Below the pieces are notes generated by a model. It ran no database searches and was not told the origin of the DNA. It saw only the letters and a program-made list of their open reading frames with translations. A stretch of 64,000 nucleotides of DNA from the human T2T-CHM13v2.0 reference genome, Homo sapiens. The stretch's first letter is position 1. Each line of letters begins with the position of its first letter. The translations under genes were made by a program, and so were the position numbers. The stretch is from assembly GCF_009914755.1 (NCBI RefSeq), contig NC_060937.1; one strand, written 5' to 3'. Positions 12,596 through 28,517 of this stretch are shown one piece after another.

Positions 12596-14938
12596 GTAAA
12601 TTTTAAAATATATTTTTCCTATTTGTTGTAAATAAACACAAAGCTACTGAATTCAAAATCTGTCTCCTAGTAAATAAATGTGTGCCAATGGTTGTAACAA
12701 TGCTCAATCACATGAATGTTAAAACTCTACTTTATCTCATTTCTAATATTGAAGAGAGAACCCCAAAGAAATGTGTATTTTATTGGCAATAAATGAATAT
12801 CATCAAATTTCTAGGTAATGAAGAGCAATTTTTTATATAGAAGGAATAATACACAGTATCAGTTATTCACATCTTACGGCCTATATTATAATTGGGAGGT
12901 GGGACAGAATGACAGTTTCATTGATTTACGTGTATCTCCAACATGCTAAGAGCCAAGGTCCTTTTCCCAGGTGCCAATTGAATTTGCCATTTCCTCCCAT
13001 TTGTCACTCTAAAGAATGTCTCTCTCCACTCCTGTTTTGTTCTGTAGCCTCATATTGCTAAGCCACTAGCAGATATTCTTTCCCCTACCACCTCAGTTTT
13101 ACCTTGTCATGATATATGTCTGAGATCAATTCTGGATGTGATTCTACAGTGAGCAGATGGGGTATAGATATCTTAGTGTATTCACCCACAACCTTTTTTG
13201 GGTTTTAAGCCACTTTGAGAATCTGATGAAAGCAAATGGCTTCATGAAGAGGCACATACAATTCTGTACACAATGTCATAGTGGTCACTGACCTCCAGAA
13301 ACCAGTCCATGGAATCATATCCTCAACCTCACCTTAAAAATGCCTGCTTCAGAGTCTCAAAAAGTAGCTGAGTCTTAGTTCTATACTTGCAGCCCACACA
13401 AGGTTGAGGTGGCAGGTGGCAATAGAGAGGTGGACTTATATTTATAATTCTTGATACAACATAACACTTGTTGCAAGGAACATACTGAAAATTATCTGGC
13501 ATGGCTTTATGAAAGTCTCTAGTGATTTCTTTCTACTGGTTAGAGAGTTCTCTTTTCATCTTCAAAGAGATGTTACTGTTAATTATAAACTGGAGATAGC
13601 ACATTATTCTCCCTTTTCTAGATTAAGAAAGAAAATATTTAATAAGTTTATTCTAATGCTAGTTCCTAGATATTTCTATATTATTCACATTTCTGTATTA
13701 TAAAAACTATTTTTTCGATTTAAATGTACTCTTAAGTCTGTGACCAAATGTTTGCCTCAAATTCTTAAGTAAATGTTCAAGTTTTGCTTTCGTTGTTTTT
13801 GTGGTTTGTTTTAGTAGCTCAGAGATTTTATATGAGGCCATTTGGAAATTTAAGCTAATGAAGGTCATTGATTCTGTTTGCCCACAGATGTGTTTTCTTT
13901 TCTGCTGGTCTCATTCTTCATCTTAAAGAATACAGAAAATTCACAAATGTTATTTCTGACCCTTTTAGATTATGTGTTGTCTTTCCTATTCATATATGCT
14001 AGCAGAGATGTTTAATAATTGTACAGTTCAAATTAGACTCCCTGGTCCTTTGTTCCTACTGAAGATAATTAATTAGTTAGTATAGATTTGCATAGTCCCT
14101 TAAAGTTTATTATAAGACTGCCCAGTAATGCCAGTGGCACAATTCAACAAAGACTAATAACCTTTTTATATTTCTCTTCTTTAATGGTAGCTAATTATTA
14201 ATATTAATTTATTTTTATAAGAAAACATCCCCCAAAAAAGTTAAGTTCAAACACCTAAAGAACAGTGAAAATATGCTTGAAATAAACTTTTTAAAATCAA
14301 ATTATATGGCTCCTGACCAATTCACTGAATCAAGACTCCTCTAATTTCTGTCTTTTAATGGATTTGTCATTGAGCATACCTGTTCCTATCCATAATATAC
14401 CTGGTCCTAACTCATACTCTTCTAGCGGGATCCTTGTGTGTTACAGCTGTCCTAAAGTATTGATCCTCTGCCTACTCTGTAGAGTTCATTTTAAAAACAG
14501 CAGTCTACAAATATACTCTGAACCTTGAATACAGTGGAAAAGAAGTAAGGGATGGGTGTTTTATGAAGGGCCACAGAAATATGCTGCATAGGTTATAAGA
14601 ATAGATTTATTTTGTAAATGCTGAAGCCTATTAATCTAGACTAACATAATAGTTACAATGTTACATAAAATTCATTTTTAGAACTTTGTTACAAGCCAGA
14701 ATTCTTAGGTTTAAGAAATCAGCTATTGGTTAAAGATGCAGATTACATCAATACGTAACTGTTTTTGCCCTAAGCAATTATTGTCCAAATCATGGTTATC
14801 TCTGTTGCAGAAATTAAAATTTGTTTAATAATAATGTCTGTCTTACTCATAACATGTCATTCTAAGTAGCCTGACAGAGCTGTACTGCCTAAAGAAAATG
14901 TCACCCTTACAGGAGACTTAAATTCAAATTAAAACCCA

Positions 14939-15348
<410 letters not shown>

Positions 15349-17610
15349 CTATTTCAATCTCTGAGATAAAAATCACAGGTTTATCTTTTCATGACAACTT
15401 AATGAAATGGCTTGCATATTATTAGTATGAGAAATGTACTTTCAAATATATAAAAGTAATTAGAGTTCTTAGATTTTAGAATATATATGAAAGAATACAT
15501 CATTTTTATAATTGTAAAGGTAAACCTAAACCTGCTGATTAGCATACTACATTTTCCTGTTATTTACAAAACCCCGTTTTGCTGACATAGGCATAGAGAT
15601 AAGCAGATATGCAGTATAATTTGCCAATATGTAATAAGTTAAATTCAAATAGAAGAAAGTATGCTAATTAGTACAGAAAACTTAGAGAAAGTACTAATTT
15701 AGTTAAGATTAATTCTGTTCTTATTTTAATTCAAAAGATAGATCAATTTCTGTTTATAAAAAAAAAAAAAAGAAGAAGAGAAAGAAGAATATCTGGCATG
15801 AAGTACTAGGAGCCAGACATCAAAACCAGCTTTTTTCGACATATAAATGATGCTGCTATTATAGATTTAACATTTTCTGTAAAAGGAAAATCTGTATTTT
15901 CTGCCTGTTGAGAACTGTTTAATAGCAGTTACTCTTCAGTACATTTACATTTTCATGTTTTTAAAACTATTTTCCTTATAGCTGAAAATATTGACAAATG
16001 GATATGGTGAGCTTCTCTAAATAAAAAAGAGTTCGGCTTAGGGTTAGGGTTAGTGTTCAGACAGCTTTGTGTGCAGTAACCCATTTAATCTAAACAACAA
16101 CCCAATAAGGTAAAAATTATTACCACCAATTTTGGAAATAAAGATAAAGAGGTCAAGAGATTAAGTAACTTGCCTAAGGTTAAGAAGTAGGCAAAATAAT
16201 ATATTTCCTTACAAATACATAGTATATGGTTTGAACTAAAATATACCAAATAGTACATTTAAATGTGTGTATGTGAGTGTGTTTGTAGGTATATATCATT
16301 AAAGACTCTTCTAAAATGATGTGAAAATGACATCTTCTGTTTATAACTCAATTTTTACACTGGTTCCATTACATTAGAAGTATATGAATATGTATAATAA
16401 TTAATTTTAGTTTTGCTTATAGATAGTCTATGTGTGGTCCAAATCAATCTGGTAAGTTAAAAACTATGATAAATAGAATGCTTTTAGTACAATTTTACTT
16501 AATGTTGGCCTTTTCTTATGTTTCCTCCATTTTGTCTGGAGTTTTCTAGTTTTAATAAAGATAAAATGTTCCACAAAATTCTATAGCTTTAAATGTCATA
16601 CAATTTTATGTTTCACTTTTAGTTCCCTTTCTTCCCAAGCTGTTCGTCTCAAGAGGCAAGTTAAATGTGTGTGACTACTAATTACCCAATTTATTATGTA
16701 TTGTAGCAAATGGCTAATATGATTATAATATAGAAGTATGCCAATCAATAAAGTAATTATTATATTAATAAAACCTAACTTAATTTACTTTAATTGCATT
16801 TTTAGTTTGTAGTGATTCACCAAAGTGAATTAGTACCTAAATCCCATATGTGACTAAAGATTTCAATTTACTAATTTTATTTTTTACTGAAAACATTGAG
16901 ATTGGTATAATTCAATGAATTTTAATATAAAATCTTGATTACCTATTTTAATTTGAAATTTAGCAAGTTGTTTCTTCAAATAACTATTGAGTAACTGAAA
17001 TTCAAGATTAACTCAAATTTATATAAATTGGTAAGTGAAGGATTTAATTAAATTGAAAAAATGGCATCCCACCAATGAAACGTATTTCATTTCTTTTAGA
17101 ATGGTAGTTCTGTCACATATGCTGAGTGATAATAGAAATATTTTACATAGTGTAATTGGAATGTATATAGGTTCCTTATTATTTCTTCCAAAAGTTAGTA
17201 ATTTTACTAATTTAGGGAATTGTGAGTTAATGATAATGATGGTTCTTTATGCTTTGTTAACAGTTCTGTAAATTGTAATAATTTTTTTTGTTTGCATATA
17301 TATTTGCTGTTAGCAATAACAACATACGTATATTGTTATTAGTTTATATATATATAGATATATAGATATAGATATATATGTTTTTATTACCAACAGTCCA
17401 CCCATGTTAATGTCTACTAACTTAAAAATTTCACAGGCCCAAACTAATGTCCACACTTCTTCACCTGCAATATCCTTCCTATTTCTCTGTTCCACTCCCT
17501 CTCCCATCTCCTCCTGTTAAAAACCCTACCCATTTTTAAGACCCATTTAAAACACTTATGAAATATTCACTGGCCAGTCATATCATCTCCATAATATTTT
17601 GTGTTAGCAT

Positions 17611-18615
<1,005 letters not shown>

Positions 18616-19373
18616 CCACCACATTTTGATTGTATCATTCTTAAGACACATACCACATAAAGCCTTGCATTGTAGCTGTTCTTCCATGTTTTCTCTGTCC
18701 TTTTAGACTAGATCGCTTAAAGACAGCATTCATATACTGTGTAGCTTTGAACCATGAAGAAATCTCCTAACGCAATTATTTGCCCTCAAAGGTTCCCACT
18801 TAAAAATGTTATGTAGGTAAACTGGAAAGCTGAGATAATTATTGAGTTAGTTTATATCAAAAGACAAAACAAAACTTACGAGCTGTTGAAATAAATATTT
18901 GGGGGCTCAAATTATCAGACTATCTGCTCATACTAACTGAATTATTCAAATAATTTCAATAGCTCATAATAAGTTTTGTTTTGTCTTTTGTTTTTTGGTA
19001 TAAGTTAATTATACCAAAAGCTGAATTTCAATTCAGCTCATCACTTGAATTTTCCAGGATAGGAACAGCTAAAGTTAAGCTAATCTTTATTGCATTTCCA
19101 CTTCTGGTAAACGTGTCATTTTAACTAAATGTCTCTGTAAGTTCCAATTTATAAGGTCAAAATACCGCACCTACTGTTACTGTAAAAAAAATTTAGCAAA
19201 TAGAAAAGCTGTTCTATATCCAATGGATTGTAATGCTACTTTGATATTTTTTAAGTAATTAGTACAGGGAGATAGCAACACAAGGAAGAAGTATTCAAAT
19301 GTAAGTGTTGGATTTTTTTTAATTTGGGTTTTTCATAATGGTAAGTTTATATTTCTTTACCACCGCCCCCCCC

Positions 19374-19398
19374 CACACACACACACACACACACACAC
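19374..19398. repeat. (CA)n microsatellite preceded by C-run
   Basis: About 12 CA units. Confidence 0.9.
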
Positions 19399-21126
19399 TT
19401 ACCAAGTTAAGAATCCAAAATTCAGAAAAGTAATTATGTAAATTAAGAATGAGAAAAATACAGAAGGAGGAGATCTACTAAAAGGCTCTCTGAAGTGCCA
19501 GTCATCTCCTTCATGACCCACTTTGTTGCCCATGACACTTCCCAGTTGTACCTTCCCTGATTTTTAGAGGGCAATATATTTTCAAGCTGTTTTTCTTCTT
19601 GTAAACTGGTTAGGTTGTATACATATTCCATAGCTATTGTTCTACTAGTTCAAAACAAAATCAGGTATCCAGTGGTGAAAACAGGGCTGGTAGGTGGAAG
19701 AGGGGGCATTATGTAGAATTTTTCTTAAGGCTGACCATTTCTGCCTTCCTAAATGTCTTTTTGAATGCATTCACTTGCTCATTTACTTAACCATTAACAT
19801 CTTTTGAATATCTACTAAATATATAGAACATTGGTACTCAGATTGTGATAGAAAAAAAAAAAAGTCCTCAAGAGAATTAGCTCTGCTACCACTACCTCTG
19901 GGTAACTCAAATAACCAGGAAGTTATGGCAGATAATGTATCTTCCCTAAGAAATGAAAGTAGACAGTTGAAATAATCAGCTTGGCAGTTAGACCTTCAGT
20001 GTCCTAACTTCAAATATCCAGATACCACAGGCAAAGTTGTTTATATATAAATTGAATGTTTTCTACAAACTGAGCTAGATATGAGAATAAAACAAAAATG
20101 TAGAGCATGTGGGAAGACGAAAGAATTCAAGATTCTGGGGAAACATAATTAAAATAAACTACAGAATTCTAAAAGCTAAGAGTTTGTCTAAGAATATGTT
20201 CTTTAAAAAAGAATAATAGTATAAGCCAGTGGCACAGAAAATTTTGTTGTAACTGTTGACTGGAATACTTACTATGGGAGAGAGCATGTTCAGTGCAGAT
20301 AGACTCAAATCCATCTGCTTAAGCCTAACTCTGTGCATTGCAATTCTGATATGGTGAATGTAACATTCTGTCTCCAACAAAACTAGTATTTTTTAAAGAT
20401 TCCTCCATATTTAGTTTTATTTCATTTTTAGTTACAGAGTCTAACTAGAAGTTATTCAACCTGATACTTGTATTTAGGGGGAAAATATCTCTTAAACATT
20501 CTGGATTCTCTAAAATGCGTTTTGCTCAGAATTTTCCCCGTATTTTTTAAACCCATGTGTATTTTAAGGGAAATTTAATCCATATGTCCCTGACTCACTC
20601 ACACTTAACTCATCAAAATGTTGTTTAGTGAAAGCTATTTGATGTTCAAAAAGCCTTATGAGTCTTTATGAGTCTTTTTTCTCTCTTTGAATGAGGAAGT
20701 TGCTTTGCCAGTCATAAATAGTATACCCAAAGGATTCACATTCAGCTTCAAACACAGAATTCACAAAGCTCTTAGAGACAACATTAATACATGCCTATTT
20801 CTTATAAAAGCTAAAGTATTTAAATTTCTAACTTAATTTTTATATCAGTTAAGGTGTTATAAAAATAAATAAAAGCTTCATCTTGAATATTGAGCCTCTT
20901 TGCCTCTTTTCATTATTTTCAAAAAGTCTACAGGTCCTTTTAGAATGTGCAAACATTTTACTGTAATCCATATTTATTTCCATAAACATATGTCCCCTTC
21001 AACCATGATTCCATCATCTATGAAACACTATAAGGTACTCTTAATTGTAACAACATCCTTGATAACCAAACTGTGTAAATTAAAAATATAATAAAAAGAC
21101 ACAATTCAACCATGCTTATTAGACAT

Positions 21127-21556
21127 TGTCTTAGTTCATTTTCTGTTGTTTATAACAGGATACCTGAAACTGGACAACTTATAAGAAAAGAAACTTATTT
21201 TATACAGTCATGGAGACTGAGAAGTCCAAGGTCAAAGGGCTGCATGTGGTGAGGGCCTTCTTGCTGGTAGGGACTCTCTGCAGAGTCCTGAGGCCGTACC
21301 CGGCATCACATGTGAGGGGCTGAGGGAACTCACATGCTATCTCAGGTCTCTCTTTTTCTTCTTATAAAGTCACCAGTTCTACTCCCATGATAACCCATTA
21401 ATTCATTAATCCACAAATGGATTAATTCACTCACAAGGACAGGGCCCTAATGACCCAGTCACCTCTTAAAGGCACCACTTCTCAATACTGCCACATTGAG
21501 GGTTAAATTTCAACCTGAGTTTTGGAGGGGACAAACAAACATATTTACACAACAGT
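21127..21556 (-). mobile_element. MaLR LTR (MST/MLT1-like solo LTR)
   Basis: TGTCTTAGTTCATTTTCTGTTG...GAGAAGTCCAAGGTCAAAGGGC...CACCTCTTAAAGGCACCACTTCTCAATACTGCCACATTG. Confidence 0.8.
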
Positions 21557-22829
21557 AGGCATCAACCATAAATCATATATAATTTGCATTTTTTGTTAAT
21601 TTTAAGAATAAAAGCCACCCTTTGTTATGGTCAGGTGTTTCACAAACCGTACTCATAAGATCTGTTCTTTCTTAATACAGTGTAATAGTTGAAACCCATT
21701 TTGATTTTCTACTTTTTTCTCTGTATGGAGAATTTATCATAAACTAATTCCTCTACAAATTTATAGTCATACTGTCTACCAATCTGGAGAATGGGGCAAT
21801 AAATAACTAACTTACCAGGAAACCATATTTTTCTATATGGAGGTGACTAAGCTTTCATGGTTGTTTTTAAGCATGTGAATGAGGATATTGATCACCTACT
21901 GAAAATATGTGGGTCATCTTGTTAGATCACATTTGAGGGAAAATGCAAGATAACAAAACAATTTTCCTAGTATCAAATTATGGATGTTAGCAACTTGGAA
22001 AGGAGGAAGAGTGAGCTCTTCATTATCTTGTCACTGCCATACCTAAGAGTGTCCTGGTCCTCTCCCTGAAAGACTTTGCCGCTTACTCAAACATAAAGTT
22101 AAAAAGAGATTTTGCCACTACAGTTAGAATAGTGCTATACAGAAGGATCAATAAGTCTTTCTGCATACTGAAAATATTTTGTTTAATTAGTTTATTTCCA
22201 TGGCTTGATGTTGCAGAGCCAGAATAGCAGCTATAGAAATACTTAAACAATTAGCCCTAAGGACAAGTATTTACATGGCAATTAATTTACAAATAGCTAG
22301 TCCAGTAGAATATGTTCTATCAGTTCAAGTCATCAGTCCAATAAAAACAAGTCAATTGTTTTCTCTTAGAATAGAATCTGATTAGAATAGAAAATGTCAA
22401 GATTCACACAAAGTAGGGACAAGACCTGGAAGGACCTGTTGGACCCTTATTCTCTGATGCTAGATCGAAACTTCACTCGGGTGAATGTGGTTGTCCCACC
22501 AAAACAAATATAAGTATCGGATATCAACTCTATGTAAGACATAATGGTGAGTGCTTAGAGTAAAAAGACACATATGATCAAAATTCTGCCCTCCAGGAAG
22601 TTATAGAGGAGAAGAGATAATGAAAAAAATAGTTAACCTAGATATAGAAAGGAAACCATTCTAACAGAAAACACGATCCTAGAATAACATGGATTCTGGA
22701 AAGCCTTTATTAGAATGGGTATTTCCTTTCTTGAGTCTTGAAAAATAAGTTAAACATTTAGAGAGTTGTTGCAGATGGCGGGAAATGTATACTAAAACAT
22801 TAACTTCTGTGTGAAACTACAGTAGTTCT

Positions 22830-23520
22830 AAATTACTTAGGTAGAAAGCATGAGTCAGGGAGTCTCTGAAGTTGAGACTGACAAGCGCTTGGGGAGGGAG
22901 CTTTATGTGCCTTAAGGAACCTTGTTTTTATCCTGAAGGCCACTGTGAGACTGTGAAAGATTTTAAGTATGACAGTGATGAATTTTTTTAAAAAAATCAC
23001 TCTGGCCCTTGTGTAGAATATGCTTTTAGGATGCCCAGACTTGAGGTAAGAGCTTGACAGGAGGCTGTTTTCCAAAGCAGCAGTGATGAGAGCCTCAAGT
23101 AAATTGGCAGCAGGCAGGAGAAAGGAGAATGGGACAGCTACCAAAAAGAAAAAAAATTAGAAGGTAATTTGTGGAGGACTGTAATAACTGACTAGTGCAG
23201 GGAGTAAGAATGAGGGGAATCAGGCCTGAGAGGAGAGGTGGTCTAGAAGCTATTAACTGTGTGTGGGAATGTGCAGATGCAAGGTCTTCTGTGGGTGGGA
23301 GATGAAGATGCGTGATCTGTTGGGCCTCCAAAATTTTCAAAAGAATAGAAGTTTGAAATTTGAGAGCCAAGTTGGGCATGGAGTTCATAATGGAAACCAG
23401 TGAGATCACCTAAGGAAAGTAAGAAAATAAAGAGAGAAGTAGTAGGCCAAAATCAGATGCCCTGTGGCACAAGGTTTAAAGGGCAGCCAATGAAGGAGAG
23501 CCCATAATAGGATACCAAGC
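22830..23520. mobile_element. L2 fragments
   Basis: GTTTTTATCCTGAAGGCCACTGTGAGACTGTGAAAGATTTTAAG...AAAATCACTCTGGC; approximate. Confidence 0.6.
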
Positions 23521-23700
23521 AGGAAGTAAAGTAGTAAGAGAAAAGGAAAGAATCCTATGCTTACGAGTCAGGAACTCTGGCTCAGCATTTTTCAAACTAA
23601 TGCTCCTTGTAACACAGGTCTTTTGAAAGATGCTAATGAGAAAAAAGAAACTCTATAGTTAAATATGTTTGGAAAATTGTGAGTTTAAAAATAAGTTGCA

Positions 23701-24000
23701 GGCCAGGTGCGGTGGCTCATGCCTATAATCCCAGCACTTTTGGAGGGTGAGGCGGGAGGATCGCTTAAGCTCAGGAGTTCGAGATCAGCCTGGGCAACAT
23801 GGTGAAACCCCATCCGTACGAAAAAATTTAAAAAATTAGCCAGGTGTGGTGGTGCGAGTCTGTGGTCCCAAGTACTCAGGAGGCTGATGTGGGAGGATCC
23901 CTTGAGACTGGGAGGCAGAGGTTACTGTGTGATGGCGCCACTGCACTCCAGCCTGGGTGACACAGTGAGACTCCGTCGCAAAAAAAAACAAACCAGAAAA
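23701..24000 (+). mobile_element. Alu (AluJ-like)
   Basis: GGCCAGGTGCGGTGGCTCATGCC...GGAGGATCGCTTAAGCTCAGG; TSD AAGTTGCA. Confidence 0.92.
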
Positions 24001-24290
24001 AGTTGCAGACTTTTTAAATTGATGGACTTTTTCAAGCCTTTAACTTACTAATTAATGAGTATTTCCCAAACATCTTGGCCTAAGTAGAGGTTGGACTGAA
24101 ACTAAAGGAGAGAATAGGAGTGAGGAACTAAGAAATGGAAACTCATGTCTAGAGCTTAACAAAGAAGGGAAGAAAGGAGATAGAAATAAGAGAGCAGAGG
24201 GGGCAGGGGAGGGTAGGACTAGTAGCACAGATAGAGGGGGTAACTACCTCAAACAAGAGGAAAGATATATTTCCAGAAACTGCTGAAAAA

Positions 24291-24362
24291 CAGTTTAGGA
24301 TAAATGCAGACAGAGACAGTTAAGGATAAATGCAGACAGAGACAGTTAGGGATAAATGCAGA
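24291..24362. repeat. 26-bp tandem repeat, ~2.8 copies
   Basis: Unit CAGTTAAGGATAAATGCAGACAGAGA with minor variants. Confidence 0.85.
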
Positions 24363-24919
24363 TGTAGAAAAATCTGTAGATAGAGGAAGACAAATGAAAA
24401 AAATTTAATTTTTTTCCAAAATATGAATTCTTCATTTATTATATAATCAGGATGAACAAATATATAGGTGAACTTTTCTAGAAAAAAAAATCCGTATATT
24501 TAACCATCTTCTCGGGAGAATGTGTGACCCAGAAAAAGGGTAAACCCCAGTGCTCTGCACTATAATTTCTGAGCTCTAATCTTTGATTCCTTAACCTACA
24601 AAGTCTGACATTCAAGTATATGTATGATTTTTCAGTTTCATCTCACACTGCTTTCCCTTACACATCCTCATCTCTGGCCAAACTTATTTACTGCTCATTT
24701 ACACCTACAACTGTGTTTTTGTCCAAACTATTCCCCCTTGCTCACAATGCTCTCGAAGACCACAACTTGTCCAAATTTCTACCCATCCATCACAGCTCAC
24801 TACAGATGTCACTGCCATCATTCTATCCCAACTGCTCACTTCCCCACCAAAAATAGGCCGGAAATCATGATTGTTCTGTGAATGTCCAGAATTTTTTTCT
24901 GTCCCTTTCTTGATAGGAG

Positions 24920-25120
24920 GCAGCGTATATAACAAATACCCTGACTTTCGAATCAGATCACCAATTTTGAATCCTATCTCTCATTTACTAGTTGTATGAC
25001 CTCTAAATTACTCCAACCCAGAGTCTCATTTTCTTATCTGTAAAATGGAGATGATAGTAGTGCTATCACACAGGGATGTTAAGAGAAATAAATCACATAA
25101 AGTGCCTTACACAGTTCTTA
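24920..25120. mobile_element. MIR
   Basis: MIR core GTCTCATTTTCTTATCTGTAAAATGGAGATGATAGTAG. Confidence 0.7.
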
Positions 25121-26870
25121 GTTTAACCCTTTCTTCCTTATGTCATAATTATTCTTGTGTATTCTTTACCTTATACTATAAGCTCTTTGTGGGTAAAATG
25201 TATGTCTTATACACTGCTGTATTCTCTCCTTATATGCAAAAACAATATACTACTCATTAATTTTCGTTGACTACGTGAATGAATGAATGAATGCTGAATT
25301 AAATATGTCTCTACACATTTAATTACAAAGAGCAAGCAAGTTATACACTAGGAAAAATACGATAGTCATAAAATTATGCCATTTAAAACCATAATAGTAT
25401 GCATGTAATATAACTAGAATGATCAATTACATTATAACTCTCATTGGTTTTCAGTATATTTTTAAATTTATATTTTCTCTAAAATACAGTTATCTTTTAT
25501 ATTTATAAAGAAAAATTTGAAATCAATTTCAGAAAAACATAAAAGATGTAATATATTAATTTAAGTGGGCTTTTACTATGACATATAAATGCAACACTGG
25601 TATATATCATTTTCTATATTCAATTCCACAAACACAGATTGCATACTATATGACAGATACTGTAATAGGTGAACAAGATAATAACCCCTGTCTTCAATTA
25701 GCTTGTGCCAAATGGGAGAAACAGACTTTTAAACACATATATTTAATATATTTTAAGTGCCATAAAGATATGGCTAGGAAACTATGGAAATATAAAGGCA
25801 AGCTACTTAATCCAACCTAGGGGTGCAAAGATTTAAATCATATCCTCTGGTTTATTCACTCCTCTAGTCTAGTAGAAATTTACTCTTCCCGATCATTAAA
25901 TGATATCCCAGTGCCGTAAAAGAGTCAATACTCTTCCAGAAGGTGAAAAATGTATTCCATATGTTGAACTAAATGTAATATAACTGGAAACAGAAATCTC
26001 AGCTGGCTCACTTATTAAATCAAAAGGCAGAGCAAATTTTCACACTGAACATTGAAACTATCACTGTTGTTTAGTACTTTTTGTATTAGAAAATAACTCC
26101 GTGCTATTTTACTTATAGTATATATGCTTTGTAAGCTTTTTCTTCTAGGAAATCACACATTGCCTTTGCAGAAAATGCAGCAGTTTTTTTTTTTTCTTTT
26201 TTGGTTCCTTGTAACATAAAGAATTACCTGCTCTACAATAAATTGGTAAACATAAATAGTAGGTTAAAGTTAGAGCATATAAGAGTCTTTCTCAGTACTT
26301 TTTAAAATTATGTATTATAAATACATTAAGGTGGGATTTTAGATAATAGTGTAAAAATAGATGATCTACTATGATGAACAAATAATATGCTAAATTTCAG
26401 TATTCAGTTGCTCATATAAGAGGGCTCCATTCCTTCCATGTCTGTTTTAGACTGTGCTAAGTTGAGTTTTTCAGATGTAGGTTTACTCTCATCTCAAAAC
26501 ACCTAATATGTGTTCTTCATCTGTCTCATTTTATACAATAATAATCTAAGGAAACTATGATCTGTGGGGATAATTAGTTATTGTTAATCTTAGTGTTAAG
26601 GATAGATTATGCTCAAGAAGTCACCTAGCAGCATCAAGAGGCCAATTCCTGAAAACAGTGAGCTTTTGTGTAAAATTTGAGTTTATAGAATATTTATAAT
26701 GGATAGTTTAGGGGAGAGTACATTGTGTCTTTGTGAATATGTTGGGGAGGAAGTAGTACTGAAGTTTAACTTCATAACCCTTAAGGCATTGTATTCTATG
26801 AGTTGTTAAAGTATTTTTATTTTATTCAAGCAAAAACATCCTGTAACTATTTCCATGCAAAAAAAGTTCA

Positions 26871-27128
26871 GGGCTGGAGTGCAGTGTCACTGTCATAGCT
26901 CCCTGCAGCCTTGACTTCCAGGGCTCAAGGGATCCTCCCACCTCAGCTTCCTAGGTAGCCAGGACAATAGGCATGTGCTACCAAACCCAGCTAATTTTTT
27001 AAATTTTTCATAGAGATGAGATCTCGCTATATTGCCCAGGCTGGTCTCAATCTCCTGGCCTCAAGCAGTCCTCCCGCCTCAGCCTGCCAAAGTGCTGGGA
27101 TTACAAGTGTGAGCCACCATGCCCAGCC
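26871..27128 (-). mobile_element. Alu (AluJ-like), lacking tail end
   Basis: GGCTGGAGTGCAGTG...GGCTCAAGGGATCCTCCCACCTCAGC...GAGCCACCATGCCCAGCC. Confidence 0.9.
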
Positions 27129-27551
27129 CTAAAAAAAAAGTTTGAAAATTTCAAAATACCATTGCTCTGAAATTTTATCTGGACAGCTATCAATATTATT
27201 TGTATATAAATAAAACAGTCACTATCTGTAGACTTTGCTACTATGATTTTTTTTTATTTCCTTAAGATACTTCAGTCACCTGAAACCCAGAGAACCATCC
27301 TGGATATCTAAAATTTGGGAATCTAAAATTTTTTACAGTATTTTTTCTAGAACTTCCCCCCTCCATGCACATACACAAATACCTCCATTTTTATAATGCC
27401 CAAAGCTTTCCTAGGATTCCAAAACAAAGTTACAACTTTATTATATTCTTCAGTAATTTGTTTTGAGATTAAAACATCTTATTATTTATTTCTATGGGGG
27501 AGAATGTTTTAGGGAAACTGACTGTACCATACTTAAAAATAATGAGTCTAT

Positions 27552-27843
27552 GGCCAGGTGCGGTGGCTCAGACCTGTAATCCCAGCACTGTGGGAGGCCA
27601 AGGCGGGCGGATCACAAGGTCAGGAGTTCAAGACCAGCCTGGCCAACATGGTGAAACACCATCTCTACTAAAAATACAAAAATTAGCTGGGCATGGTGGT
27701 ATGCACCTGTAATCCCAGCTCCTTGGGAGGCCGAGGCAGGAGAATCGCTTAAACCGGGAGGCGGAGCTTGCAGTGAGCCAGAGATCATGCCACTGCACTC
27801 CAGCCTGGGTGACAGAGCAAGACTCCATCTAAAAAAAAAAAAA
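27552..27843 (+). mobile_element. Alu (AluS-like)
   Basis: GGCCAGGTGCGGTGGCTC...GGATCACAAGGTCAGGAGTTCAAGACC; poly-A tail. Confidence 0.94.
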
Positions 27844-28517
27844 GAGTCCAAAGCAGTGACAGATATTTTAGATATGTTCAGTCACTCATGCTATGAATTA
27901 TTTCCCTACAATGTATACCACTTTATAAAAATAATTGTAAAAATTTACTCCCTTATTATATTTTTGTCCTGATTTCTTTGGAATAATATTATTTTACATT
28001 GAACATAAAGAATTTCAGATTAGTTTTAGTTCTTCTAAATAATGTCAGGATTTTAAGTTTAATAATTCTACTAAGATTAGTCAATGTTTATTATCCCAAA
28101 ATAACAATATTTTACATGTTCTAAAAGCAAACTGAGCATGTAGTTTCCAAGTAATTGAAGCTGAAGAAAATCCATATAGCTAATACAACTTTTAACAATA
28201 TTAAACTAAGGTTAGGAAATATTCAAGTGATTCTAAAATACATTATAATTTTATGTACCCTAAATATAGTTTACCAATTGAAAGTCATCAAATACTTCTA
28301 ACAATTCCAATTTTAATTAAACTCCAACTCTTTTTTTTCCATACGTAGTCTTTGCTGTGCTTTACATTGAAAGTTGTAAAGAAGCTTAGCATTACTTGGA
28401 AATTTAATAGCCATCGTTGCCTTTTAATCACTAGAATGCAGTGTACCCCCTCCTGAAAATGATTAATTTACACCCCCCCCCCACTCCCCTCCCCTGAAAA
28501 TGATTAATCCCTGCAAT

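Noticed and set aside
16038-16053. TTAGGGTTAGGGTTAG telomere-like run
   Set aside because: Under three units; too short to distinguish from chance.
20500-20680. Segment that looks like an interspersed-repeat or transposase relic
   Set aside because: Could not assign a family or a consistent reading frame from sequence alone.
24291-24362. 26-bp direct repeats as a possible CRISPR-like array
   Set aside because: Head-to-tail with no spacers, in a eukaryotic intron; an ordinary minisatellite.
28446-28510. Short duplication CCTGAAAATGATTAAT separated by C-runs
   Set aside because: Small local duplication beside an LTR; no evidence of function.
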